Shown here in pieces: positions 39,063 to 47,259 of a stretch of DNA of 64,000 nucleotides. This DNA comes from Acutalibacteraceae bacterium (GTDB lineage: Bacteria > Bacillota > Clostridia > Oscillospirales > Acutalibacteraceae). How positions within the stretch are numbered: the first letter of the stretch is position 1; the number at the start of each line of letters is the position of its first letter. The DNA is taken from the NCBI GenBank assembly GCA_045543075.1, contig JAZQLZ010000025.1:27681-91680 (forward strand), given 5' to 3'. A program made the position numbers and the translations under genes. The notes below the pieces were generated by a model. The model searched no databases. It was not told where the DNA came from and was given only the letters and a program-made list of their open reading frames with translations.

Positions 39063-39083
39063 AACAAAAAGGAGGACAATATT

Positions 39084-39818
39084 ATGTCAGTAGTTTCAAT
39101 GAAACAATTACTCGAAGCAGGTGTTCACTTCGGACACCAGACCAGAAGATGGAACCCCAAAATGGCTCCCTACATCTTCACTGAAAGAAATGGTATTTAT
39201 ATCATCGACCTTCAGAAGACTGTAAAGAAGCTTGAAGAGGCTTACACCTTCATCAACCAGATCGCTCAGGAGGGCGGCGAAGTACTTTTCGTAGGTACTA
39301 AGAAACAGGCTCAGGATTCTGTTAAAGAGGAAGCAGAACGTTGCGGTATGTCATACGTAAATGCTCGTTGGCTCGGCGGTATGCTCACAAACTTCAACAC
39401 AATCCAGAAGAGAATCAGAAGACTTGCTCAGCTTAACGCTATGGAAGCTGACGGTACATTCGACCTTCTTCCCAAGAAAGAAGTTATCAAGCTCAACCTC
39501 GAAAGAGAAAAGCTTGAGAAATTCATGGGCGGTATCACTGAAATGAAAAAGATGCCCGCTGCTATGTTTATCGTTGACCCCAGAAAAGAAAGAATCGCTG
39601 TTCTCGAAGCAAAGAAGCTCGGTATTCCGATCGTTGCTATCGTTGACACAAACTGCGATCCCGATGAAATCGACTATGTAATCCCCGGTAACGATGACGC
39701 TATCCGCGCTGTTAAGCTTATTGCAGGCGCTATGGCTGATGCTATTATTGCAGGTCGTCAGGGCGAGCAGACTGTTGCAGCTGCTGAAGAAGAAGTAGCT
39801 GAAGAAGCAGCTGAATAA
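39084..39818 (+). CDS. rpsB: 30S ribosomal protein S2
   Basis: [30 protein letters not shown] 39084 lies 8 nt after GGAGG; the track start TTG 39051 falls in the leader. Confidence 0.97.
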   Translation: MSVVSMKQLLEAGVHFGHQTRRWNPKMAPYIFTERNGIYIIDLQKTVKKLEEAYTFINQIAQEGGEVLFVGTKKQAQDSVKEEAERCGMSYVNARWLGGMLTNFNTIQKRIRRLAQLNAMEADGTFDLLPKKEVIKLNLEREKLEKFMGGITEMKKMPAAMFIVDPRKERIAVLEAKKLGIPIVAIVDTNCDPDEIDYVIPGNDDAIRAVKLIAGAMADAIIAGRQGEQTVAAAEEEVAEEAAE

Positions 39819-39881
39819 GTAGTTAATTTAAATAGGCGGAATTTATTCCGCCTTGATAACTTTATAAAGGAGGAAACCCCT

Positions 39882-40979
39882 ATGGCATTCACAGCTTTAG
39901 ATGTTAAAAACTTAAGAGAAAAAACAGGCGTTGGTATGATGGAGTGTAAAAAAGCACTTACAGAAGCTGACGGTGATATGGATAGAGCTTTTGAGATTCT
40001 TCGTGAAAGAGGCCTCGCTGCTTCTGAGAAGAAAGCAAGCAGAATTGCTGCTGAAGGTGCAATTATCGCTTACACAGACGATGCTGCTAAAGTTACAGTT
40101 CTTCTTGAAATCAACTCTGAAACAGACTTCGTTGGTAAAAACGATAAATTCCAGGAGTTCGGTCTTAACGTTGCTAAAACAATCGCAGCAAACAAGCCTG
40201 CTACAGTTGAAGCTCTTGCAGAGCTCAAGCTCGTTGATTCTGACAGAACAGTTACAGAAAACCTTAACGACCTTATCCTCGTTATCGGTGAGAACCTCAA
40301 AATTCGTCGTTTTGTAATTGTTGAGGGTGACGTTGTAACTTACATCCACGCAGGCGGCGCAGTTGGTGTTGCAGTTAAATTCGAAACAAATCTCGAAGAT
40401 AAAGCAGAATTCGTTGCAATGGGTAAAAACATCGCTATGCAGATTGCAGCTATGAGCCCCGAATATCTTGCAAAAGAATCTATTTCTGCTGACGAGCTTG
40501 CAAAAATGAGAAGCATCACAATCGATAGCTCACTCAACAAGCCAGAATCTCTTCCCAAGCCCATTCTTAGCGCTCTCTTCCAGAAAGCTTTAGCTGAAAA
40601 CCTTTTCAGCGCTGAAGATGTTGCAGCTTACGAAGAAAACCAGAAGAGCCCCTATCTCTTCAACTTCCTTTCAAAAGAGGCTGTTGCAACACTTGCTTCA
40701 CTTGCAGTTGCAGGTAAAGAAGAGTATATGAGCAACAAAATCTTCGCTGGTGCAGTTGAAGGCCGTATCAAGAAGCAGATTAAAGAAATCTGTCTCCTTG
40801 AACAGACTTTCGTTCGTTCCGACCTCTTTGATGGTACAGTAGCCGGTTATGTTGCACAGGTTGCTAAGAACAATAGTGCTGATATCAAGGTTGTTGATTT
40901 TGTTCGTCTTGTAAAAGGCGAAGGTCTCGAAAAAAGAGAAGACAATTTTGCTGACGAAGTTGCCAGCATGATGAAATAA
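39882..40979 (+). CDS. tsf: Translation elongation factor Ts (long form, 365 aa)
   Basis: UBA-like N-terminus LREKTGVGMMECKKALTEADGDMDRAFEILRERG in the rpsB-tsf order. About 60 aa longer than typical EF-Ts in the C-terminal half. Confidence 0.93.
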   Translation: MAFTALDVKNLREKTGVGMMECKKALTEADGDMDRAFEILRERGLAASEKKASRIAAEGAIIAYTDDAAKVTVLLEINSETDFVGKNDKFQEFGLNVAKTIAANKPATVEALAELKLVDSDRTVTENLNDLILVIGENLKIRRFVIVEGDVVTYIHAGGAVGVAVKFETNLEDKAEFVAMGKNIAMQIAAMSPEYLAKESISADELAKMRSITIDSSLNKPESLPKPILSALFQKALAENLFSAEDVAAYEENQKSPYLFNFLSKEAVATLASLAVAGKEEYMSNKIFAGAVEGRIKKQIKEICLLEQTFVRSDLFDGTVAGYVAQVAKNNSADIKVVDFVRLVKGEGLEKREDNFADEVASMMK

Positions 40980-40993
40980 GATTTCAAATGAGG

Positions 40994-41027
40994 GCGACTT
41001 TCATTGAAAGTCGCTCCATACTTTTTT
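40994..41027 (+). terminator. Intrinsic terminator after tsf
   Basis: GCGACTTTC-ATT-GAAAGTCGC stem. The T6 run starts 7 nt after the stem, which is sub-optimal spacing. Confidence 0.5.
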
Positions 41028-41078
41028 CAATGTTTAAAAATCCAAATTAGGTAAACTAAATAAAGTGGTGAGATTATT

Positions 41079-42269
41079 ATGGAAAGAAAAGTAGGTACAG
41101 TTTCACGCGGTATTCGTTGTCCCATTATCAGACAGGGTGATAACCTTGTTGATATTGCTGTTACAAGCGTTATTGAGGCGGCTGAAAGTGAAGGCTTTGC
41201 GCTTAGAGACCGCGATGTTGTTGCTCTTACTGAGTCAATCGTTGCAAGAGCTCAGGGTAACTACGCAAAAGTTGAAGATATCGCAGCTGACGTTAAGGCT
41301 AAGCTTGGCGGTGAAACAGTTGGTGTTATTTTCCCCATTTTGTCACGTAATCGTTTTGCAATTTGCCTTAAAGGTATTGCAATGGGTGCCAAGAAGATTG
41401 TGCTTATGCTCAGCTATCCCAGTGATGAAGTTGGTAACTCTCTTTTAACTTACGATCAACTTGACGAAGCCGGTATCAACCCTTATTCAGATGTACTTTC
41501 TCTTGAAAAGTACAGAGAACTTTTTGGCGAAAATAAACACGAGTTTACAGGTGTTGACTACGTTGCCTACTATTCTGAAATCATAAAAGAAGCAGGTGCA
41601 GAGGTCGAAATTGTTTTTGCTAACCAGGCTAAAACAATCCTCGATTATACCGATTGTGTTCTTACTTGTGATATTCACACAAGAGCAAGAACAAAGCGCA
41701 TCCTTAAAGCTGCAGGTGCAAAGGTTGTTTGCGGTCTTGATGATATTCTTAATGCATCTGTCAACGGCAGTGGCTGTAACGAAGCTTATGGTCTTCTTGG
41801 TTCCAATAAATCAACAGAAGATACAATTAAGCTTTTCCCCAGAGAATGTAATGACCTTGTTAAGGATATACAGGCTGAATTTCTTGCAAGAACAGGAAAA
41901 CACATCGAGGTAATGGTTTACGGCGATGGTGCTTTCAAGGATCCTCAGGGTAAAATCTGGGAGCTTGCAGACCCCGTTGTTTCTCCTGCTCATACCGATG
42001 GTCTTATCGGTACACCCAATGAACTTAAATTAAAATATCTTGCAGATAATGACTTCAAGGGTCTTTCCGGTGCCGAGCTTAAAGAGGCTATCTCAAACAG
42101 CATCAAAGCTAAATCCGGTAACCTTGTAGGTAATATGGCTTCTCAGGGTACAACTCCCAGACAGCTTACAGACCTTATCGGTTCACTTTGTGACCTTACA
42201 AGTGGTTCTGGTGACAAGGGTACACCCATTATCCTTGTTCAGGGTTATTTCGACAACTATACAGACTGA
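41079..42269 (+). CDS. CofE-fold (F420-0:gamma-glutamyl ligase-like) protein, function unknown here
   Basis: N-terminal pattern GIRCPIIRQGDNLVDI...RDRDVVALTESIVARAQGN resembles the CofE family (GDDL...DGDVVVVSQKIVSKAEGR). 396 aa, longer than archaeal CofE. Confidence 0.5.
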   Translation: MERKVGTVSRGIRCPIIRQGDNLVDIAVTSVIEAAESEGFALRDRDVVALTESIVARAQGNYAKVEDIAADVKAKLGGETVGVIFPILSRNRFAICLKGIAMGAKKIVLMLSYPSDEVGNSLLTYDQLDEAGINPYSDVLSLEKYRELFGENKHEFTGVDYVAYYSEIIKEAGAEVEIVFANQAKTILDYTDCVLTCDIHTRARTKRILKAAGAKVVCGLDDILNASVNGSGCNEAYGLLGSNKSTEDTIKLFPRECNDLVKDIQAEFLARTGKHIEVMVYGDGAFKDPQGKIWELADPVVSPAHTDGLIGTPNELKLKYLADNDFKGLSGAELKEAISNSIKAKSGNLVGNMASQGTTPRQLTDLIGSLCDLTSGSGDKGTPIILVQGYFDNYTD

Positions 42270-42293
42270 TAATTCACAGGAGGTTTAACTGTT

Positions 42294-43295
42294 ATGGAAA
42301 TTATTAAAAGACCCGAGGAAATGAAAAGAATTACAACAGTTGAACTTGCAGAGGCGTTCATTGCCGAACAAGTTGACGAAATTCGCAATCAGGTAGGCGA
42401 CAAGAAGGTTCTTCTTGCCCTTTCAGGCGGTGTTGATTCCTCTGTTGTTGCTGCTTTACTTATTAAAGCAATCGGCAAACAGCTTGTTTGTGTTCATGTT
42501 AACCATGGCCTTATGAGAAAAGGCGAGAGCGAACAGGTTATTGAAGTTTTCGGCAAGGAGCTTGATGCTAACCTTGTTTACGTTGATGCAACAGACCGCT
42601 TCCTTGATAAGCTTGCAAATGTTGCTGACCCCGAAACAAAGCGTAAAATCATCGGTAAAGAGTTTATCGAGGTTTTTGCTGATGAAGCAAGAAAGCTTGA
42701 CGGCGTTGAATTTTTAGCACAGGGAACAATTTATCCCGATATCCTTGAGAGCAATAAGCAGGCAGAGGGTAAAAAGGCTGTTAAGGCACACCACAACGTT
42801 GGTGGTCTTCCCGAGGATCTTCAGTTCTCACTTGTTGAGCCCGTTAAATTACTCTTCAAGGATGAGGTAAGAGTTGTTGGTGAGGCTCTTGGCCTTCCTC
42901 ATGCAATGGTTTATCGTCAGCCATTCCCCGGTCCCGGACTTGGTGTTCGTTGCCTTGGCGCAATTACTCGTGACAGACTTCATGCTTTAAGAGAGGCAGA
43001 TGCAATTCTTCGTGAGGAATTTGACATCAACGGCCTTGCAGGTAAGGTGTGGCAGTATTTCATCACCATTCCCGATATCAAGAGCGTTGGCGTTAAAGAC
43101 GAAGCTCGTTACGAGGGCTGGCCCGCAATCATCCGTGCAGTTAATACAACTGACGCTATGAGCGCAACAATCGAAGAAATTCCTTACGCACTTCTTCACA
43201 AAATTACAGACAGAATTACCCACGAAGTAGAAGGCATCAACCGTGTCCTCTACGACCTCACTCCGAAGCCCATTGGCACAATTGAGTGGGAATAA
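42294..43295 (+). CDS. guaA: GMP synthase ATP-pyrophosphatase plus dimerisation domains only (no glutamine amidotransferase domain)
   Basis: PP-loop LALSGGVDSSV, HHNVGGLPE and C-terminal PIGTIEWE. 333 aa versus about 510-520 aa for fused bacterial GuaA. Confidence 0.85.
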   Translation: MEIIKRPEEMKRITTVELAEAFIAEQVDEIRNQVGDKKVLLALSGGVDSSVVAALLIKAIGKQLVCVHVNHGLMRKGESEQVIEVFGKELDANLVYVDATDRFLDKLANVADPETKRKIIGKEFIEVFADEARKLDGVEFLAQGTIYPDILESNKQAEGKKAVKAHHNVGGLPEDLQFSLVEPVKLLFKDEVRVVGEALGLPHAMVYRQPFPGPGLGVRCLGAITRDRLHALREADAILREEFDINGLAGKVWQYFITIPDIKSVGVKDEARYEGWPAIIRAVNTTDAMSATIEEIPYALLHKITDRITHEVEGINRVLYDLTPKPIGTIEWE

Positions 43296-43368
43296 TACCG
43301 AGTTTTTTAAAAATCCTTGATTTATAAGGGATTTAAGAGTTTTTTCACACTCTGTGACTAAGCTTGTG

Positions 43369-43383
43369 ACTAAATATATATTT
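43369..43383 (+). repeat. Direct repeat copy 1 (ACTAAATATATATTT), candidate att remnant
   Basis: Identical 15-mer recurs at 44409-44423. The two copies bracket the integrase, excisionase and dockerin remnants. Confidence 0.4.
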
Positions 43384-43385
43384 GG

Positions 43386-43420
43386 ACTGACTGATTATAA
43401 TATCGGTCAGTTCTTTTTTT
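43386..43420 (+). terminator. Intrinsic terminator downstream of guaA
   Basis: 10-bp stem ACTGACTGAT/ATCGGTCAGT (one G-U), loop TATAAT, then TCTTTTTTT. Confidence 0.8.
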
Positions 43421-43461
43421 ATAAAATTTTATGTTGAATAATGAAGATTTTCTGTCATTAA

Positions 43462-43614
43462 TATTTTGAGGAAGATATCGAAATAAGTAAGGGTGAAGCT
43501 TATAAGCTCATAAAAAAGCTTAATGGCGAACTCGAAGCAATGGGTTATTGCGTATTTCGTGGTCGTGTAAATCGTGAATATTATTACAAAAGAACACGAT
43601 ATCAGGCTTCATAA
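43462..43614 (+). pseudogene. 5'-truncated excisionase/HTH-like gene fragment
   Basis: The frame reads EEDIEISKGEAYKLIKKLNGELEAMGYCVFRGRVNREYYYKR, the C-terminal half of small HTH proteins found next to Firmicutes ICE/phage integrases. No start codon; in-frame TAA at 43459. Confidence 0.55.
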
Positions 43615-43683
43615 TTTTAGCGGCTATTAAGCCGCATACATATAAATCTTTATATGAAAATTTAAAACAACGAGGTAATTAAA

Positions 43684-44100
43684 ATGAAGTTAAATGTTTA
43701 CTATGACGAAAAAAGAATAACTTATCGTGCTCAATATAAAAAATTAAGGGACGAAGTAACAGGAGAGACCTACTGGACTTATAAAAGAGGTTTCAAAACA
43801 GAAAGAGAAGCTCAAAAGTTTATTATTGAACAAGAAGAACTATTAGAAAAGCAATTAAAAACAATTGCCGAGCAACAAGAACGATAGAAGAAACTGAAGA
43901 GCAAGATAAAGAATGTGAATTGTCCTTAGAGGACTTCTTTTATGGTGTATAGAATTTTCAGCCAAGGCGCTGAAGCTGCTGGTTTAAATGAAATTCGCAT
44001 CCACGACTTAAGACATTCGCACGTTTCCTATTTGATTAGTAAAGGATTATCTGTTCCTGCAATCGCTAAACGCATTGGTCATACTAATAAATCGGTCACA
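43684..44100 (+). pseudogene. int: Disrupted tyrosine recombinase (integrase) gene
   Basis: 43684-43887 encodes an AP2-like arm-binding N-terminus (MKLNVYYDEKRITYRAQYKKLRDEVTGETYWTYKRGFKTEREAQKF) and then stops. 43942-44100 encodes only the catalytic tail IRIHDLRHSHVSYLISKGLSVPAIAKRIGHT. The core domain and the catalytic Tyr segment are missing. Confidence 0.8.
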
Positions 44101-44330
44101 AAACATTTGGTGAGGTTCAGAATATACAAAAAGGTGACTTTAACCTTGATGGTATGGCATTTTCAATTGATGATATCATTGAAATGCAAACAGCTCTTTC
44201 TGATATTGAAGCAAATGCACCAAATATGTCAACCTCTCAGAAATTCGCAGCAGATATGAACTGCAACGGAAGGGTTGACGAAGAGGACCTTGAATATCTT
44301 ATAAATAATTATGGAGATATGCGCAGCTAA
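44091..44330 (+). pseudogene. Orphan 3' fragment of a dockerin-containing gene
   Basis: The frame reads GDFNLDGMAFSIDDIIEMQ...ADMNCNGRVDEEDLEYLINNY, the two Ca-binding repeats of a type I dockerin, ending at TAA 44328-44330. No start and no upstream catalytic module. Abuts the integrase fragment. Confidence 0.7.
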
Positions 44331-44408
44331 ATCACAATTCATATTCTTTCCAAATATAAAACAAAAACACACTTCAATTAAGTGATTACGAGTTTTATAA
44401 CAAAAACA

Positions 44409-44423
44409 ACTAAATATATATTT
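44409..44423 (+). repeat. Direct repeat copy 2 (ACTAAATATATATTT)
   Basis: Identical to 43369-43383. Confidence 0.4.
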
Positions 44424-44461
44424 TTAAAAACCGTTTTTTGTTAATATTGTAAAAAAAACTG

Positions 44462-44490
44462 TTGATTGAATAGTGTTTTTTTGTTATAGT
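44462..44490 (+). promoter_or_regulatory. Sigma-A-type promoter of the GH3 gene
   Basis: TTGATT (44462-44467), 17-nt spacer, TGT-TATAGT extended -10 (44485-44490). Confidence 0.5.
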
Positions 44491-44527
44491 ATAATCAAGA
44501 TTAATTTAATATAAAGGAGATGTCATA

Positions 44528-47143
44528 ATGGAAATACGCAATAAGATTACGGCTTTTATTCTTGTTTTTACACTTCTTATAACTTTTATGTCTGTTCCTG
44601 CTTTTGCTGTAAGCGGAAATATTCCTGATGAGGTTATTGAAATGTCAAGTCAAGTTGCTGTTGAGATTGAGCAAGAGGGTATAGTTCTACTTAAAAACGA
44701 AGACGATGTATTACCCCTCAACGGTAAAAAAGTTAATGTGTTCGGTGCAGCATCTGTTGTTCCGCTTTTGGGTGGTGCAGGCTCCGGTTCAATCGCTACT
44801 CATGATCCTGTGTATTTCTACGAGGCACTTGATAATGCGGGAATCACTTATAATACCGAGCTCAGGGAGCTTTATGATAAATATTGCAGTTCTAATGAAA
44901 TTCTTAAAACAGGAAGTACAGTGTTTAATAATCTTGCTCAGTTACTCCTTACTAAGAGTGCACTTAATGAAATGGACCCCGAAAAGCTTACTGATGATGT
45001 TATGAGTAATGCAAAGGCATTTTCAGATACTGCAATTATAGTTATCGGCAGAACCAGTGCAGAAAACACAGACCTTACTCCCGAAATCCTCCGCTTGAGT
45101 GATAATGAGAGAGCAATGGTGGATAAGGTTGCTACAACATTTTCAAATGTTATTGTACTTTTTAATATCGGTAATATAATGGAAATGGGTTTTCTTGATG
45201 AATACGAGAGCATAAAGGGTGCAGCTATATTCTGGATTCCGGGTGAATTCGGTATGAGAGCTGTTGCACAGGTGCTTAAAGGTGAAGTGAATCCTTCGGG
45301 CAGACTTGCTGATACAATTGCTTACAGTATTTATGACCATCCGTCAACACAGAATTTCGGTACTTATGAATACGAAGGTGGCGGGCACTACGTTGAATAT
45401 CAAGAAGGTATTTACGTTGGTTATCGGTATTTTGAAACCTTCGCAAAAGATAAAGTTCAATATCCGTTCGGTTACGGTCTTTCTTACACGACCTTCACGA
45501 AAGAAATTGTATCTTCAAGCACACGAAATGGTAAAATCACAGTCGATGTTAAGGTAACAAACACAGGTGATGTAGCCGGTAAAGATACCGTTCAGATTTA
45601 TTACAGCGCACCATATACAGGTGAAATTGAAAAGAGTGCAATTGCTTTGGGTGGTTACGAAAAATCTAAACTTCTTGACCCCGGAGAATGTGAAATCGTT
45701 ACTGTTCAGTTTGATGTGAATGATATGGCATCTTATGACAGAATCAATAATCAGGCGTGGATTCTTGAAAAGGGTGATTATCAGATTATTCTTGGTGAAA
45801 ATGTACGTGAGCATATTGATTCTTTTACTTATACTATTAATGAAGATGTTGTGACTAAAAATGACAGCGTTACCGGTACTGAAATCAAAAACTTATTTGA
45901 TAATGCATATTCAGGATTCACTATTCTTTCAAGAGAGAATGCGGTTGATACATATCCCGCAGCAAGAAGTCTCATTAAAACAGATGAAATTAAAAACGCC
46001 GATGATTATCCTGCACCTACTAAAGAAGGCGAAGCTCCAAAAATGGGTGTAACTTATGACGATGGTGTAATCACTCTTCAGGATGTATATGAAGACGAAT
46101 CACTTATGGATGCATTCCTTGACCAGCTCACTTTAGATGAAATGGTTAATCTTGTAACGCGCGGTGGCTACCAAACCTATGGTATTGATAGACTTGGTGT
46201 TCCTCAGACATGGGATAATGACGGTCCCTCCAGCATTAAAGGTGCTCACGGTATAGCTTATACCGATAGCGGCACAGCTTACCCTTGTGCAACTGCAATT
46301 GCTTGTACATGGAATAAAACACTTGCAAATAAAATGGGAGACAGCGTTGGTATAGAAGCAAGAAGCATCGGTACTGATATCTGGTATGCACCCGGTGTTA
46401 ACATCCACAGAAATCCCATGGGAGGCAGAAACTTTGAGTATTTTTCAGAAGATCCCGTTCTTTCAGGCACAATGGGTGCTGAAATAATCAATGGAGCTTG
46501 GGGTCAGGGTCTTGTCACTACAATTAAGCACTTTGCTATGAATGATCAGGAATCACACCGTGCCGGTATATTTACATGGGCAGATGAACAGACAATGCGT
46601 GAAATTTACCTTAAAGCTTTTGAAATTCCGGTTAAAGAATCTGCTTGCTTTGGAGTAATGTCCGCTTATAACAGAATTGGTACAGATTGGTGTGGCGGCT
46701 GTTCAGAGTTACTTAAAGATTTGCTCCGTAAAGAGTGGGGATTTGAAGGTTTTGTTGTTTCCGACTACTCAAATAACTTTATTGGTAACGGACATATGAG
46801 CCCTGTTCTTGCAGTTTACAACGGTAATGATACAATGCTCACAGGTGTATGGCTTCTCAATATGCCCTCACACGTTGCAGCTGTTGAAATGCAGTATTAT
46901 GCTGATCCCATCGGCTTTGGTACAGCATTACGTGAAGCCTGCAGAAATATTATGAATGTAAAAATGAAGACAAAAGCATTCCTTGAACCGGGATATTTTG
47001 TTGATGATGAAGATCTTTCTATTAAGGAGGAAGATTGGAATCACACAGAGCCATATATTATCTCCGTTTTAAATTTCGAATTTACAAATTTTGTTAATCA
47101 GATTGTAATGATTTTAAGAAAATTTATTGACTGGCAGTACTGA
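44528..47143 (+). CDS. Secreted glycoside hydrolase family 3 beta-glucosidase-like enzyme with circularly permuted domain order
   Basis: Signal peptide MEIRNKITAFILVFTLLITFMSVPAFA. The GH3 C-terminal alpha/beta sandwich (IVLLKNEDDVLPL, GEVNPSGRL) and Fn3-like domain (YGLSYTTF, VKVTNTGDVAGKDTVQIYY) precede the TIM-barrel catalytic domain (LTLDEMVNLV, KHFAMNDQE, nucleophile context GFVVSDY). Confidence 0.88.
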   Translation: MEIRNKITAFILVFTLLITFMSVPAFAVSGNIPDEVIEMSSQVAVEIEQEGIVLLKNEDDVLPLNGKKVNVFGAASVVPLLGGAGSGSIATHDPVYFYEALDNAGITYNTELRELYDKYCSSNEILKTGSTVFNNLAQLLLTKSALNEMDPEKLTDDVMSNAKAFSDTAIIVIGRTSAENTDLTPEILRLSDNERAMVDKVATTFSNVIVLFNIGNIMEMGFLDEYESIKGAAIFWIPGEFGMRAVAQVLKGEVNPSGRLADTIAYSIYDHPSTQNFGTYEYEGGGHYVEYQEGIYVGYRYFETFAKDKVQYPFGYGLSYTTFTKEIVSSSTRNGKITVDVKVTNTGDVAGKDTVQIYYSAPYTGEIEKSAIALGGYEKSKLLDPGECEIVTVQFDVNDMASYDRINNQAWILEKGDYQIILGENVREHIDSFTYTINEDVVTKNDSVTGTEIKNLFDNAYSGFTILSRENAVDTYPAARSLIKTDEIKNADDYPAPTKEGEAPKMGVTYDDGVITLQDVYEDESLMDAFLDQLTLDEMVNLVTRGGYQTYGIDRLGVPQTWDNDGPSSIKGAHGIAYTDSGTAYPCATAIACTWNKTLANKMGDSVGIEARSIGTDIWYAPGVNIHRNPMGGRNFEYFSEDPVLSGTMGAEIINGAWGQGLVTTIKHFAMNDQESHRAGIFTWADEQTMREIYLKAFEIPVKESACFGVMSAYNRIGTDWCGGCSELLKDLLRKEWGFEGFVVSDYSNNFIGNGHMSPVLAVYNGNDTMLTGVWLLNMPSHVAAVEMQYYADPIGFGTALREACRNIMNVKMKTKAFLEPGYFVDDEDLSIKEEDWNHTEPYIISVLNFEFTNFVNQIVMILRKFIDWQY

Positions 47144-47259
47144 ATACATTCTATTAATTTATAACTCTGTTGTATTGCTAAAACAAAACAATAAGTTATA
47201 CTATGCTTTAATGGGGTGTTATGTAAAATAGCTATTTAATAATTTTAACGGAGATGCAT

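Noticed and set aside
43299-43306. CGAGTTTT shared between 43299-43306 and about 44389-44396 as an extended att repeat.
   Set aside because: It is only 8 bp and is not collinear with the 15-mer repeat (63-nt versus 13-nt spacing), so it is compatible with chance in AT-rich DNA.
43942-44259. 105-aa ORF that could be taken as an intact small gene.
   Set aside because: Only its first roughly 53 codons resemble anything, namely the integrase catalytic tail. Beyond about 44100 the real coding signal (dockerin repeats) is in another frame, so the ORF is a chimeric read-through of a recombination junction.
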